Shown piece by piece: positions 56,544 to 64,000 of a DNA stretch of 64,000 nt; within the stretch, counting starts at the first letter, position 1; every line of letters starts with the position of its first letter. This DNA comes from an uncultured Actinomycetes bacterium (lineage in GTDB: Bacteria > Actinomycetota > Thermoleophilia > Gaiellales > Gaiellaceae), in assembly GCA_963839285.1 (NCBI GenBank), contig CAWIUN010000009.1:13016-77015 (forward strand), given 5' to 3'. The position numbers and the translations under genes are program-made. The notes below the pieces were generated by a model. The model was not told the DNA's origin, made no database searches, and was given only the letters and a program-made list of their open reading frames with translations.

Positions 56544-57085
56544 CTAGCCCGGCGGTCCCGCTCCTCGGCCTGCTCGCGCGGGGTCGCCTCGACCGCGATC
56601 TCCTCGTTGACGGCCTCGGTCGCGAACGAGCCGGCGACGCCGAGACCGAGCCCGAGCAGGGCCCAGCGCAGGCCGCGCCGCTCCCTGCCGCGCGCGGCGT
56701 CGAGCGAGAGCCGCCCCGGCCCCTCGTCGGCGAGCGCGAACAGCATCGCCAGCAGCGCCGCGGGGTACTCGTAGCCGCCCTCGGTCACCCAGGGCCCGTT
56801 GCTCGCGTGCACGCGCCGGATCGCGGTCGTCAGCACCCCCGAGAGCAGCGCGGTCGCGACCGGGGTCGCCAGGCCGGCCGCCAGCAGCAGCCCGCCTCCC
56901 GCCTCGGCCGTGCCCGCGGCGATCGCGTTCCGGCGGCCGGGCCTGATCCCGACCGACTCGAAGAACTCGCCGGTGCCCTCGGGCCCGTGCCCGCCGAACC
57001 AGCCGAAGAGCTTCTGCGTGCCGTGGCCGACGAAGCCGAGGCCGACGGCGACGCGCATCAGCATGCGTCCGAGTCCCATCTCCAC
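56544..57085 (-). CDS. DoxX family membrane protein; 3' end uncertain
   Basis: RVAVGLGFVGHGTQKLFGWFGGHG..GTGEFFES.G plus 4 TM helices. The ORF stays open for another 600 nt antisense to hypE. An out-of-frame TAG at 56544 marks the plausible end. Confidence 0.75.
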
Positions 57086-57158
57086 TCCTTTCGCTCGCGT
57101 CCTCGCTCCCGTTCCCGCCCGGCCCGTCCGCTAACGCGGGCGGGATAGAGTCCGCGGC

Positions 57159-57953
57159 GTGCCCGACCCGTACGCGGCCTTCGACACGCTCGAGCTCGAC
57201 CGGCCCGCGGCGGGCGTGCTCCGGATCACGCTGCGGACGCCCGGGCGCCTGAACGCGGTCGGCGCGGAGATGCACGGGCAGCTGGCCGGGATCTGGAAGG
57301 CGGTCGACGCCGACGACGAGACGCGCGCGGTGATCGTCCGCGGCGCCGACGGGGCCTTCAGCGCCGGCGGCGACCTCGACCTCGTGCTCGGGATCGCGAA
57401 CGACTTCGAGACCCGCGTCCGCGTGCTCAAGGAGGCGCGCGACCTCGTCTACAACGTCGTCGACTGCTCGAAGCCGATCGTCTCGGCGATCACCGGGCCG
57501 GCGGTCGGAGCGGGCCTCGCGGTCGGCCTGCTCGCGGACATCTCGATCGCGACGCCGCAGGCGCGGATCGTCGACGGGCACACGCGGCTCGGCGTCGCCG
57601 CGGGCGACCACGCGGCGATCGTCTGGCCGCTGCTCTGCGGGCTCGCGAAGGCGAAGTACCACCTGCTCCTCTGCGAGCCGCTGACCGGCGAGGAGGCCGA
57701 GCGGATCGGGCTCGTCTCGCTCTGCGTCCCCGAGGACGAGCTCGAGCAGCGGGCGCTCGAGATCGCGCGGCGCCTGGCCGCGGCCTCGCAGCCGGCGATC
57801 CGGCACACGAAGCTGGCGCTGAACAACTGGCTCCGCGCCGCCGGGCCCGCCTTCGACGCGTCGCTGGCGCTCGAGTTCCTCGACCTGACCGGCCCCGACG
57901 TCCACGAGGGCGTCGCCGCGATCCGGGAGAAGCGGCCGCCGCAGTTCGACTAG
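57159..57953 (+). CDS. Enoyl-CoA hydratase/isomerase family protein
   Basis: 264 aa. LNAV...GAFSAGGDL...[19 protein letters not shown]...REKRPPQF. Confidence 0.9.
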   Translation: MPDPYAAFDTLELDRPAAGVLRITLRTPGRLNAVGAEMHGQLAGIWKAVDADDETRAVIVRGADGAFSAGGDLDLVLGIANDFETRVRVLKEARDLVYNVVDCSKPIVSAITGPAVGAGLAVGLLADISIATPQARIVDGHTRLGVAAGDHAAIVWPLLCGLAKAKYHLLLCEPLTGEEAERIGLVSLCVPEDELEQRALEIARRLAAASQPAIRHTKLALNNWLRAAGPAFDASLALEFLDLTGPDVHEGVAAIREKRPPQFD

Positions 57954-58240
57954 TCGAGCTCGACGAACTCGACCACGGGCTGCGGGAAGCCGCGCTTGTA
58001 GGCGTCCTTGCCGGTCGCCAGGAACTCCTCGCTGGAGACGGCGGCCTTGAAGGCGTCGCGGTCGGGGAACTCCCACTCGGCGACGTAGGCGTGCCGCGGC
58101 TCGCCGACGGGCGCACCGAAGACGCGGCCGTGCCGGAAGGTGCTGCCCGGGACGGCGCGGCAGAGCTCGGCGTGCTCGGCGTACTGCCTCTCGTCCGGCT
58201 CCTGCTCGTAGAGGACGGCGACACGGATCATGCGGCTTCC
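57950..58240 (-). CDS. EthD domain-containing protein
   Basis: 96 aa from the internal Met. [29 protein letters not shown]...[20 protein letters not shown] has the dimeric alpha-beta barrel pattern of the EthD family. Confidence 0.65.
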   Translation of the reverse strand, partial: GSRMIRVAVLYEQEPDERQYAEHAELCRAVPGSTFRHGRVFGAPVGEPRHAYVAEWEFPDRDAFKAAVSSEEFLATGKDAYKRGFPQPVVEFVELD

Positions 58241-58313
58241 TTTCCTGGGAGAGAGCGCAGCGTATCCCTCGGCCCGGAGGCGTGTCCGCCGCGGCGGCCC
58301 GTAGGCTGCGCCG

Positions 58314-58754
58314 ATGAGCGGCGTCGCGATCCTGCTCGCCCTGCTGGCGGGCCTCGCCGGGTCGGTGCAGGCCGCCGTCATGGGCCGGTTCGGCGAGCGC
58401 GTCGGCGTCTTCGAGGCGCTCGCGTTCGCGTCGCTCGTGCAGGCGGTGCTGACGGCCGCGCTCCTGCTCGGCGTCCGCCAGAGCCTCTCCGGCTACGCGG
58501 CCGCGGCGCGCCAGCCCGCCTGGCTCTGGGCCGGCGGCGCGATGGGCGCCTTCATCGTCCTGACGGTCACGGTCGCGACCCCGCGGATCGGCACGGCGGC
58601 GACGATCGGCCTCCTGATCGCCGGCCAGCTGGCGATGGGCGTCGCGATCGACCGCTTCGGCCTCTTCGGCTTCTCGCAGATCGACATCTCCTGGCCGCGG
58701 GCGCTCGGGGTCGTCCTGCTCGGCGTCGGCGCCGCCCTCTCGCTGCACCGCTAG
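58314..58754 (+). CDS. DMT superfamily transporter, DUF606/YdcZ-like
   Basis: 146 aa, 5 TM. GS.QAAVMGR.G...GG..GAFIV......PRIG.A....LIAGQL...V.ID.FG. Confidence 0.75.
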   Translation: MSGVAILLALLAGLAGSVQAAVMGRFGERVGVFEALAFASLVQAVLTAALLLGVRQSLSGYAAAARQPAWLWAGGAMGAFIVLTVTVATPRIGTAATIGLLIAGQLAMGVAIDRFGLFGFSQIDISWPRALGVVLLGVGAALSLHR

Positions 58755-58919
58755 AGGCTTGCTGCACATCGGACGTCCCCAGCGGGGCCGTTCCAGGCCG
58801 AGCCAGGGCGTGCCGGCGTCCGTGGCGCATGCTGGTTGCACGTGTGAGGACGCCGGTCCGGCCTGGCGCCGCGCCTGGGGCGGTACGTCCGCGGCCGCGG
58901 ACGATGCGCAGCAAGCCTC
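58754..58919. repeat. Long-range inverted repeat (18-nt arms, 1 mismatch) bracketing a GC-rich nested-helix region; structured RNA or MITE-like element
   Basis: Arms GAGGCTTGCTGCACATCG (58754-58771) and CGATGCGCAGCAAGCCTC (58902-58919). An inner 9-bp helix pairs CCGGCGTCC (58813-58821) with GGACGCCGG (58848-58856). Begins at the last base of the DMT stop codon and lies 73 nt upstream of the MFS start. Confidence 0.5.
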
Positions 58920-58991
58920 CGGGTGGCCTGGACGGGGAATGCGTTTCGCGGCACACTCGTTGTCGGCAGCACCACCACCGCAGGAGGAACG

Positions 58992-60432
58992 ATGACCCAG
59001 GCTGCACCCGACCCGCGGCGCTGGCAGGCGCTCGCGCTGGTCTGCTCGGCGATGTTCATGACCATCCTCGACGTCTCGATCGTCAACGTCGCGCTCCCCT
59101 CGATCGGCACGGCGCTCGACTTCTCGCGCGAGAACCTCCAGTGGGTGATCTCCGCCTACGCGATCGCCTACGGCGGCTTCCTCCTGCTCGCCGGCCGCAC
59201 CGCCGACCTGCTCGGGCGCCGCCGCGTCTTCATGAGCGGCCTCGTCCTCTTCACGATCGCCTCCCTCGTCTGCGGCCTGGCGCAGTCGGAGGGGATGCTG
59301 ATCGCCTCGCGCGCCGTGCAGGGCCTCGGCGCGGCGATCATCGCGCCGGCGGCGCTCTCGATCGTGACGACGCTCTTCGCCGAGGGGCCGGAGCGCAACA
59401 AGGCGCTCGGGATCTGGGGCGCGGTCGGCGGCTCCGGCGCCGCGGTCGGCGTCCTCGCCGGCGGCGTCCTGACCAAGTACCTCGGCTGGGAGTGGATCTT
59501 CTTCGTCAACGTGCCGGTCGGCGCGCTGGCGCTCTCGCTGACGCGGCCGCTCGTGCACGAGAGCCGGGTCGACACCGACGAGCGCAGCTACGACCCGCTC
59601 GGCGCGCTCACCGTCACCTCGGGCATCGCCCTGCTCGTCTACGCGATCTCGAAGGCGCCGGACGTGGGCTGGGCGACCGGCACGCACGATCGGCCTGCTC
59701 GCGGCCGCGGCGGCGCTGCTCGCCGCCTTCGCCTGGGTCGAGACGCACGTGGCGCGGCCGCTCGTCCCCTTCCGCTTCTTCCGCGTCCGCACGGTCGCGG
59801 CGGCGAACGTCGTCGGCGTCCTGCTCGCCTCGGTGATCTTCTCGAACTTCTTCCTGCTGACGCTGTACGTGCAGCAGGTGCTCGGCTACTCGGCGCTGCG
59901 CGCCGGGCTGACCTTCGTCGCGACCGCGGGCACGGCGGTGCTGACGGCGGGCGTCGCGCAGGCGGTCGTCACCCGCGTCGGGCCGAAGCTGCCGATGGCC
60001 CTCGGGCTCGCGCTGCTCAGCGCCGGCATGATCTTCTACACGCAGATCCCGACCTCGGGCAGCTTCGCCTCGGCGCTGCTGCCCGGCTACCTGCTGGTCG
60101 GCGTCGGGATGCCGTTCGCCTTCATCGCGGTCACGATCGCCGCGCTCGCGGGCGTCGAGCGGCACGAGGCGGGCCTCGGCTCGGGGATGATCAACACCTC
60201 GCAGCAGGTCGGCGGCGCGCTCGGAGTGGCGGTCGCCTCGACGGTCTTCGCCACGCACTTCAACTCGCTCGTCTCGAGCGGCGTCGCGGCGCCCGAGGCG
60301 CTGACGAGCGGCTTCTCCAGGGCCTTCTGGGTGCTCGCGGGGCTCGGCATCGTCGCCGTCGCCGCCACGATCTCCCTCGTCCGCCGCGAGGAGACGGCTC
60401 CGGAGGCCGAGACCGCGCCGGTCGTGATCTAG
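58992..60432 (+). CDS. MFS transporter, DHA2 (EmrB/QacA, 14-TM) family; +1 frameshift near 59688
   Basis: RBS AGGAGGAA precedes ATG 58992. LDVSIVNVALPSI...GRTADLLGRRRVF... . WATG joins IGLLAAAAALLAAFAWVETHVARPLVPFRFF in the 59749..60432 frame. Confidence 0.9.
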
Positions 60433-60532
60433 CGGGTTTCGCGGCGGCGGGCAGGCGGGAGACGTTGTCGATGGAGCAATCGGGCGGCAGCCGGGCAGAC
60501 GAGCCCGCCGGGGCCGGTCGAGCGGCGCGAGG

Positions 60533-60901
60533 GTGCGCCGCCGGCAGCCGAGCGCGACAGCGCGTGCGCCGCCCGCCGGGGGGGCGACGAGCGCGGCGCC
60601 GCCGGGGCGGTCGGAGCCGAAGCCGCCCCGCGAGGGCCGCGGCGTCGGCGTCTGGGCGAGCGTGATCGGCTTTCTCGCCGCCGCGGCCGCGTTCCTCGTC
60701 TTCGTCGTCCAGAACACCGAGACGGTGCACGTCGACTGGACCGTCTGGTCGGTGGGCGTCTCCCTCGCCGCGGTCGTCTTCGGCGCGATGCTGCTCGGCT
60801 CGGCGCTGACGCTCGCGCTCGGCGCGATCTGGCGGATCCGCCGCCGCCGCCGTCACCGCGAGCGCGAGGAGCTGCACCGCCTGCGCGCCGGCGGAGGCTA
60901 G
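60533..60901 (+). CDS. LapA-domain (DUF1049) membrane protein; N-terminus uncertain
   Basis: FLVFVVQNTETVHVDWTVWSVGVSLAAVVFGAMLLGSALTLALG, followed by a basic tail. The Arg/Pro-rich N-terminal 40 aa may not be real. Confidence 0.55.
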   Translation: MRRRQPSATARAPPAGGATSAAPPGRSEPKPPREGRGVGVWASVIGFLAAAAAFLVFVVQNTETVHVDWTVWSVGVSLAAVVFGAMLLGSALTLALGAIWRIRRRRRHREREELHRLRAGGG

Positions 60902-63117
60902 AGACCGACGACGTCGTCGGGGCGGACCGGGACGCGGACGAGCTCGCGACCCGTCGCGTCCCGCAGCGCCGCGACGACCGCGGCGGTCGAGACGACCGTC
61001 GGCGGCTCGCCGACGCCCTTGACGCCGTAGGGCGCGTCCGGCTCGGGGACCTCGATCAGCACCGACTCGACCGGCGGCATGTCGAGCGCGGTCGGGATCA
61101 GGTAGTCGGTGAAGCTCGCGTTCGTGATCAGGCCGTCCCGCGTCTGGATCTCCTCCATCAGCGCGAGCCCGATCCCCTGGGCGGTGCCGCCCTCGATCTG
61201 GCCCTCGACGGCCTTCGGGTTGACCGCCTTGCCGACGTCCTGCGCCGTCCCGACCCAGACGACCCGCGTCAGCCCGAGCTCGACGTCGACCTCGGCGACG
61301 ACCTTCATCGCCGCGACCGCGAAGGCGACGTGCGCGTTCCCCGCGTCGGTGATCTGCCCCGTCTCCGGGTCGAGCGGGTGCGTGCGCGGATGCCGGTAGA
61401 CCCGCTCGACGTCGACCTCGGCCTCGCCGGTGCGCTCGCGCTCCTCGAGCGCCGCCCGGCAGGCGAGCTGCACCGCGCCGGCGGCCATCCACGTCATCCG
61501 CGAGGCCGACGCCGAGCCGGACGAGCCGACCGTCGCCGTCCCGGCCGGCGCGAGCGCGACGTCCTCGATCCCGAGCTCGGTGCGCGCGACCTGGAGCATG
61601 ACGTTGACGACCCCCTGCCCGACCTCGGCGGCGGCGCAGTGCAGCTCGGCCGAGCCGTCCGCGAGCAGCCGCACGCGGGCGGCGGTGAAGTCGTCGAAGC
61701 CCTCCGAGTAGCAGATGTTCTTGTACCCGACCGCGAAGCCGACGCCGCGCCGGACGCCCTCGCCGCGGGTCGTGTTGCCGGCGCCGCCGGGCAGCCGGAT
61801 CGGGTCGCGCGGCAGCGACTCGGCCGCCGGCGGCTCGAGCGCGGCCGCCGCCCGGATCACGTCCGCGGTCGGCAGCGAGCCGGTGATCCTCTGCCCGGTC
61901 GGCAGCCGGTCGCCGGGCGCGAGCGCGTTCCGCAGCCGCAGCTCGACGGGGTCGAGCTCGAGCGCCTCGGCCAGCCTGTCCATCTGCGCCTCGGCGGCGA
62001 AGCACGTCTGCACGGCGCCGAAGCCGCGCATCGCGCCGCAGGGCGGGTTGTTCGTGTAGACGCAGGTCGACTCGATCAGCGCGTTCTCGACCGCGTAGGG
62101 CCCGCACGCGAAGGCGGCCGCGTTCGACGTGACCGCCGTCGACGAGGACGCGTAGGCGCCGCCGTCGAGCAGGATCCGCATCCGGACGGCGACGAGCTTG
62201 CCGTCGCGGTTGGCGCGGTGCTCGCACCAGATCCGCGCCGGATGCCGGTGCACGTGGCCCGTGAACGACTCCTCGCGCGAGTAGACGATCTTGACCGGCC
62301 TCTCGGTGTGCAGCGCCAGCAGCGCGCCGTGGATCTGCATCGAGAGGTCCTCGCGGCCGCCGAAGGCCCCGCCGACGCCGGAGAGGTGGATCCGCACCTG
62401 CTCCGGCTCGAGGCCGAGGCAGGGCGCCACCTGGTCGCGGTCGACGTGCAGCCACTGGGTCGCGACGTAGATGTCGACGCCGCCCTCGCCGTCGGGCACC
62501 GCGAGGCCCGACTCCGGCCCGAGGAAGGCCTGGTCCTGGATCCCGAGCTCGTAGACGCCCGTGACGGTGACCTCGCCCTCGGCGTCCGGGTCGCCGTGGC
62601 GGACGACCATGTGCCGGACGACGTTCGGGCGCGGGTCCTCGCGGTAGCCGTGGCCGGCGGTGACGCCCGGCGGGTGCAGCGGCTCGCCCTCGGTCGCGCG
62701 CTCCATCTCGGTGACCGGCTCGAGCGGCTCGTAGTCGACGACGACGAGCTCGGCGGCGCGGCGCGCCTGCTCGGGATGCTCGGCCGCGACGAGCGCGACC
62801 GGCTCGCCGAAGTAGCGGACGCGGTCGACCGCGAGCACCGGCTGGTCGGGGAACTCGAGCCCGTAGGTCTTCTGACCGGGAACGTCGTCGTGCGTCAGCA
62901 CCGCGTGGACGCCCTGCACCTTCAGCGCGGCGCCGATGTCGATCGAGCGGATCCGCGCGTGCGCCCAGGGGCTCCGCAGCGTGTGCCCGTAGAGCATCCC
63001 GGCCGCGAAGAGGTCGCTCGCATAGGCGAACTCGCCCGTCACCTTCGGGACGCCGTCGACGCGGCGGACGCTCTCGCCGACGCGGCCGAGCTCGAGCTTG
63101 CGCGCGGGGCTGCTCAC
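60898..63117 (-). CDS. Xanthine dehydrogenase/aldehyde oxidase/CoxL family molybdopterin-binding large subunit
   Basis: 739 aa from GTG 63117 (overlaps the small-subunit stop). RVDGVPKVTGEFAYASD...GGAFGGRED...PPCGAMRGFG...GQIEGG..QG.G. No frameshift. Confidence 0.9.
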   Translation of the reverse strand: MSSPARKLELGRVGESVRRVDGVPKVTGEFAYASDLFAAGMLYGHTLRSPWAHARIRSIDIGAALKVQGVHAVLTHDDVPGQKTYGLEFPDQPVLAVDRVRYFGEPVALVAAEHPEQARRAAELVVVDYEPLEPVTEMERATEGEPLHPPGVTAGHGYREDPRPNVVRHMVVRHGDPDAEGEVTVTGVYELGIQDQAFLGPESGLAVPDGEGGVDIYVATQWLHVDRDQVAPCLGLEPEQVRIHLSGVGGAFGGREDLSMQIHGALLALHTERPVKIVYSREESFTGHVHRHPARIWCEHRANRDGKLVAVRMRILLDGGAYASSSTAVTSNAAAFACGPYAVENALIESTCVYTNNPPCGAMRGFGAVQTCFAAEAQMDRLAEALELDPVELRLRNALAPGDRLPTGQRITGSLPTADVIRAAAALEPPAAESLPRDPIRLPGGAGNTTRGEGVRRGVGFAVGYKNICYSEGFDDFTAARVRLLADGSAELHCAAAEVGQGVVNVMLQVARTELGIEDVALAPAGTATVGSSGSASASRMTWMAAGAVQLACRAALEERERTGEAEVDVERVYRHPRTHPLDPETGQITDAGNAHVAFAVAAMKVVAEVDVELGLTRVVWVGTAQDVGKAVNPKAVEGQIEGGTAQGIGLALMEEIQTRDGLITNASFTDYLIPTALDMPPVESVLIEVPEPDAPYGVKGVGEPPTVVSTAAVVAALRDATGRELVRVPVRPDDVVGL

Positions 63118-63581
63118 ATGGCCTCCGCGGCGAGCCGCACGGCGTCGAAGATCTTCGCGTAGCCGGTGCAGCGGCAGAGGTTGCCCGAGAGCGCCTCGCG
63201 GATCTGGTCGTCGCTCGGCGAGGGCACGCGCTGCAGCAGGTCGGCCGCCGCCATCACGAGCCCCGGCGTGCAGAAGCCGCACTGGACGGCGCCCGCCTCG
63301 AGGAACGCGTCCTGCACCGGATGGAGCGCCTCGCCCGAGGCGAGCCCCTCGACCGTGACCACCTCGTGCCCGTCCGCCTGGGCGGCGAGGACGAGGCAGG
63401 CGCAGACGAGCTCGCCGTCGTAGAGCACCGAGCAGGAGCCGCACTCGCCCTGCTCGCACGCGTTCTTCGAGCCGGGGAAGCCGAGGTGCTCGCGGAGCGC
63501 GAAGAGCAGGCTCTCGCCCTCCCAGACGTCGGCCTCGACCTTCCGGCCGTTGACCGTCAGCGCGATCTTCATACCGTGCAC
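63114..63581 (-). CDS. (2Fe-2S)-binding small subunit of the molybdo-dehydrogenase (CoxS-like)
   Basis: CEQGECGSCSV...C.C and QCGFCTPG...NLCRCTGY, both 2Fe-2S motifs. The start may be Met at 63572. Confidence 0.9.
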   Translation of the reverse strand: MHGMKIALTVNGRKVEADVWEGESLLFALREHLGFPGSKNACEQGECGSCSVLYDGELVCACLVLAAQADGHEVVTVEGLASGEALHPVQDAFLEAGAVQCGFCTPGLVMAAADLLQRVPSPSDDQIREALSGNLCRCTGYAKIFDAVRLAAEAM

Positions 63582-64000
63582 CTCTCGAGCGCCCGCGCGG
63601 CGAGGACGCGCAGCGCGTGCCGGCGGTAGGCGGCGCTGCCGCGGACGTCGTCGATCGGCGAGGCGGCCTCGGCGACCCGCTCCGGCAGCGTCTCGGCCTC
63701 GTCGTGACGAATGGTCACAAGCCCGACGACGGGCCCGGCCGACCCGAAGGCGGCGCGCACCTCGCCGCGCTCGCGGTCGACCGCGACGGCGAGCGAGCAG
63801 ACCGCGATCACCATCGCGTTCCGCGGCCCGATCTTCATGAACGTCTGGCGGGCGCCGGAGGGCCGGACGCGGACGGCGACGATCAGCTCGTCCGCCGCGA
63901 GCGCGTTCCGCTTCGGCCCGAGCAGGAACTCGGCCAGCGGCAGCGTCCTCGTCGCGCGCGGCGGAGGCGAGCTCGACCTCGGCGCCCTCGACGAGGAGCG
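63569..64000 (-). CDS. FAD-binding medium subunit of the molybdo-dehydrogenase (CoxM-like); partial at the window edge, frameshift near 63955
   Basis: ...TRTLPLAEFLLGPKRNALAADELIVAVRVRP...FMKIGPRNAMVIAVCSLAV...SPIDDVRGSAAYRRHALRVL is the CO-dehydrogenase flavoprotein C-terminal domain. The frame changes upstream of 63955. Confidence 0.8.
   Translation of the reverse strand, partial: RSSSRAPRSSSPPPRATRTLPLAEFLLGPKRNALAADELIVAVRVRPSGARQTFMKIGPRNAMVIAVCSLAVAVDRERGEVRAAFGSAGPVVGLVTIRHDEAETLPERVAEAASPIDDVRGSAAYRRHALRVLAARALERCTV

Noticed and set aside
58754-58991. Possible guanidine-I (ykkC) or guanidine-II (mini-ykkC) riboswitch upstream of the efflux transporter
   Set aside because: There are superficial similarities (CTAGAGGCTTGC versus CUAGGGUUCCG, GGACGGGGAA versus ACGGCGGGA). 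However, the conserved GGUCCGAGAG and ACGR-loop hairpins are not present in the right arrangement. I kept it only as an unclassified structured element.
56544-59792. 1082-aa minus-strand ORF spanning DoxX, crotonase, EthD, DMT and part of the MFS gene
   Set aside because: The product is Arg/Ala/Pro/Gly-rich low-complexity sequence with no motifs. It is antisense or out of frame to five well-supported genes, a typical stop-poor shadow ORF of a genome above 70% GC. The same reasoning applies to 1324..2868, 3029..4708, 8882..10513, 22441..24030, 43573..44886, 46422..48542, 52888..55038, 54062..55534, 60260..62455 and 61330..63162.
1-64000. Programmed ribosomal frameshifting or widespread pseudogenisation as the explanation for the split genes
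   Set aside because: There are no slippery heptamers or stimulatory structures at the shift sites. The shifts occur in both directions and in essential genes, sometimes as compensating pairs. Sequencing indels are the simpler explanation, but this cannot be proven without reads.
1-64000. Mobile elements, prophage, defence islands, CRISPR arrays, tRNA or rRNA genes
   Set aside because: I found no integrase, transposase, phage structural or Cas-like translations in any frame. I saw no regularly spaced short repeats and no low-GC tRNA-like cloverleaf segments. GC content and codon bias look uniform across the window. A tRNAscan or Infernal run would be needed to exclude small RNAs fully.

Overview
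High-GC segment (visibly above 70% G+C, with codon position 3 almost always G or C). It is gene-dense, and I recognised no rRNA, tRNA, CRISPR array, transposase or integrase. Gene content suggests an Actinomycetota chromosome, possibly Thermoleophilia-like, but that is only a guess.

I can support about 75 protein genes, in these blocks:
1. 1-11.7 kb: LysR regulator and a surface-glycan locus (sugar transferase, AsnB-like amidotransferase, ASCH, DUF354, CapD/PglF-like dehydratase, DegT aminotransferase, DedA), interrupted by a UvrD2-like helicase.
2. 12.4-25.4 kb: futalosine-type menaquinone genes, a Bacillus-type qcrABC menaquinol:cytochrome c reductase, a UbiD-family decarboxylase, and hemL and hemB.
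3. 25.4-34.7 kb: envelope genes (AI-2E permease, M23-like protein, YmdB, two GT-C glycosyltransferases, GtrA) plus pcm and a phosphodiesterase.
4. 35-39.3 kb: a 2-oxoacid dehydrogenase E1alpha/E1beta/E2 operon and a lipid kinase.
5. 39.3-42.2 kb: PaaR-like TetR regulator and paaABCD.
6. 42.6-48.2 kb: a double-GAF histidine kinase, beta-carbonic anhydrase, an SDR, a SelW-like ORF and a crotonase-DUF4389 fusion.
7. 48.2-56.5 kb: a group-3b-like four-subunit [NiFe]-hydrogenase with NiCoT, mini-HypA, maturation protease and divergent hypCDE.
8. 56.5-64 kb: DoxX, crotonase, EthD, two transporters and coxMSL-like molybdo-dehydrogenase genes.

Most notable observations:
- An unannotated SelW/Rdx-like ORF has an in-frame TGA in a CxxU motif, followed by a SECIS-like hairpin.
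- A radical-SAM-like enzyme with only a CX8CX2C cysteine triad is translationally coupled to an MqnC/MqnE-family gene.
- A cNMP-binding protein lies inside the hydrogenase operon, alongside a zinc-finger-less HypA.
- The kinase carries a near-identical tandem GAF duplication.
- A long-range inverted-repeat element lies upstream of an MFS gene.
- About 30 single-base frameshifts disrupt otherwise intact, often essential, genes. This looks like assembly indel error rather than biology.

All homology calls come from reading the translations by eye; no database search was run.
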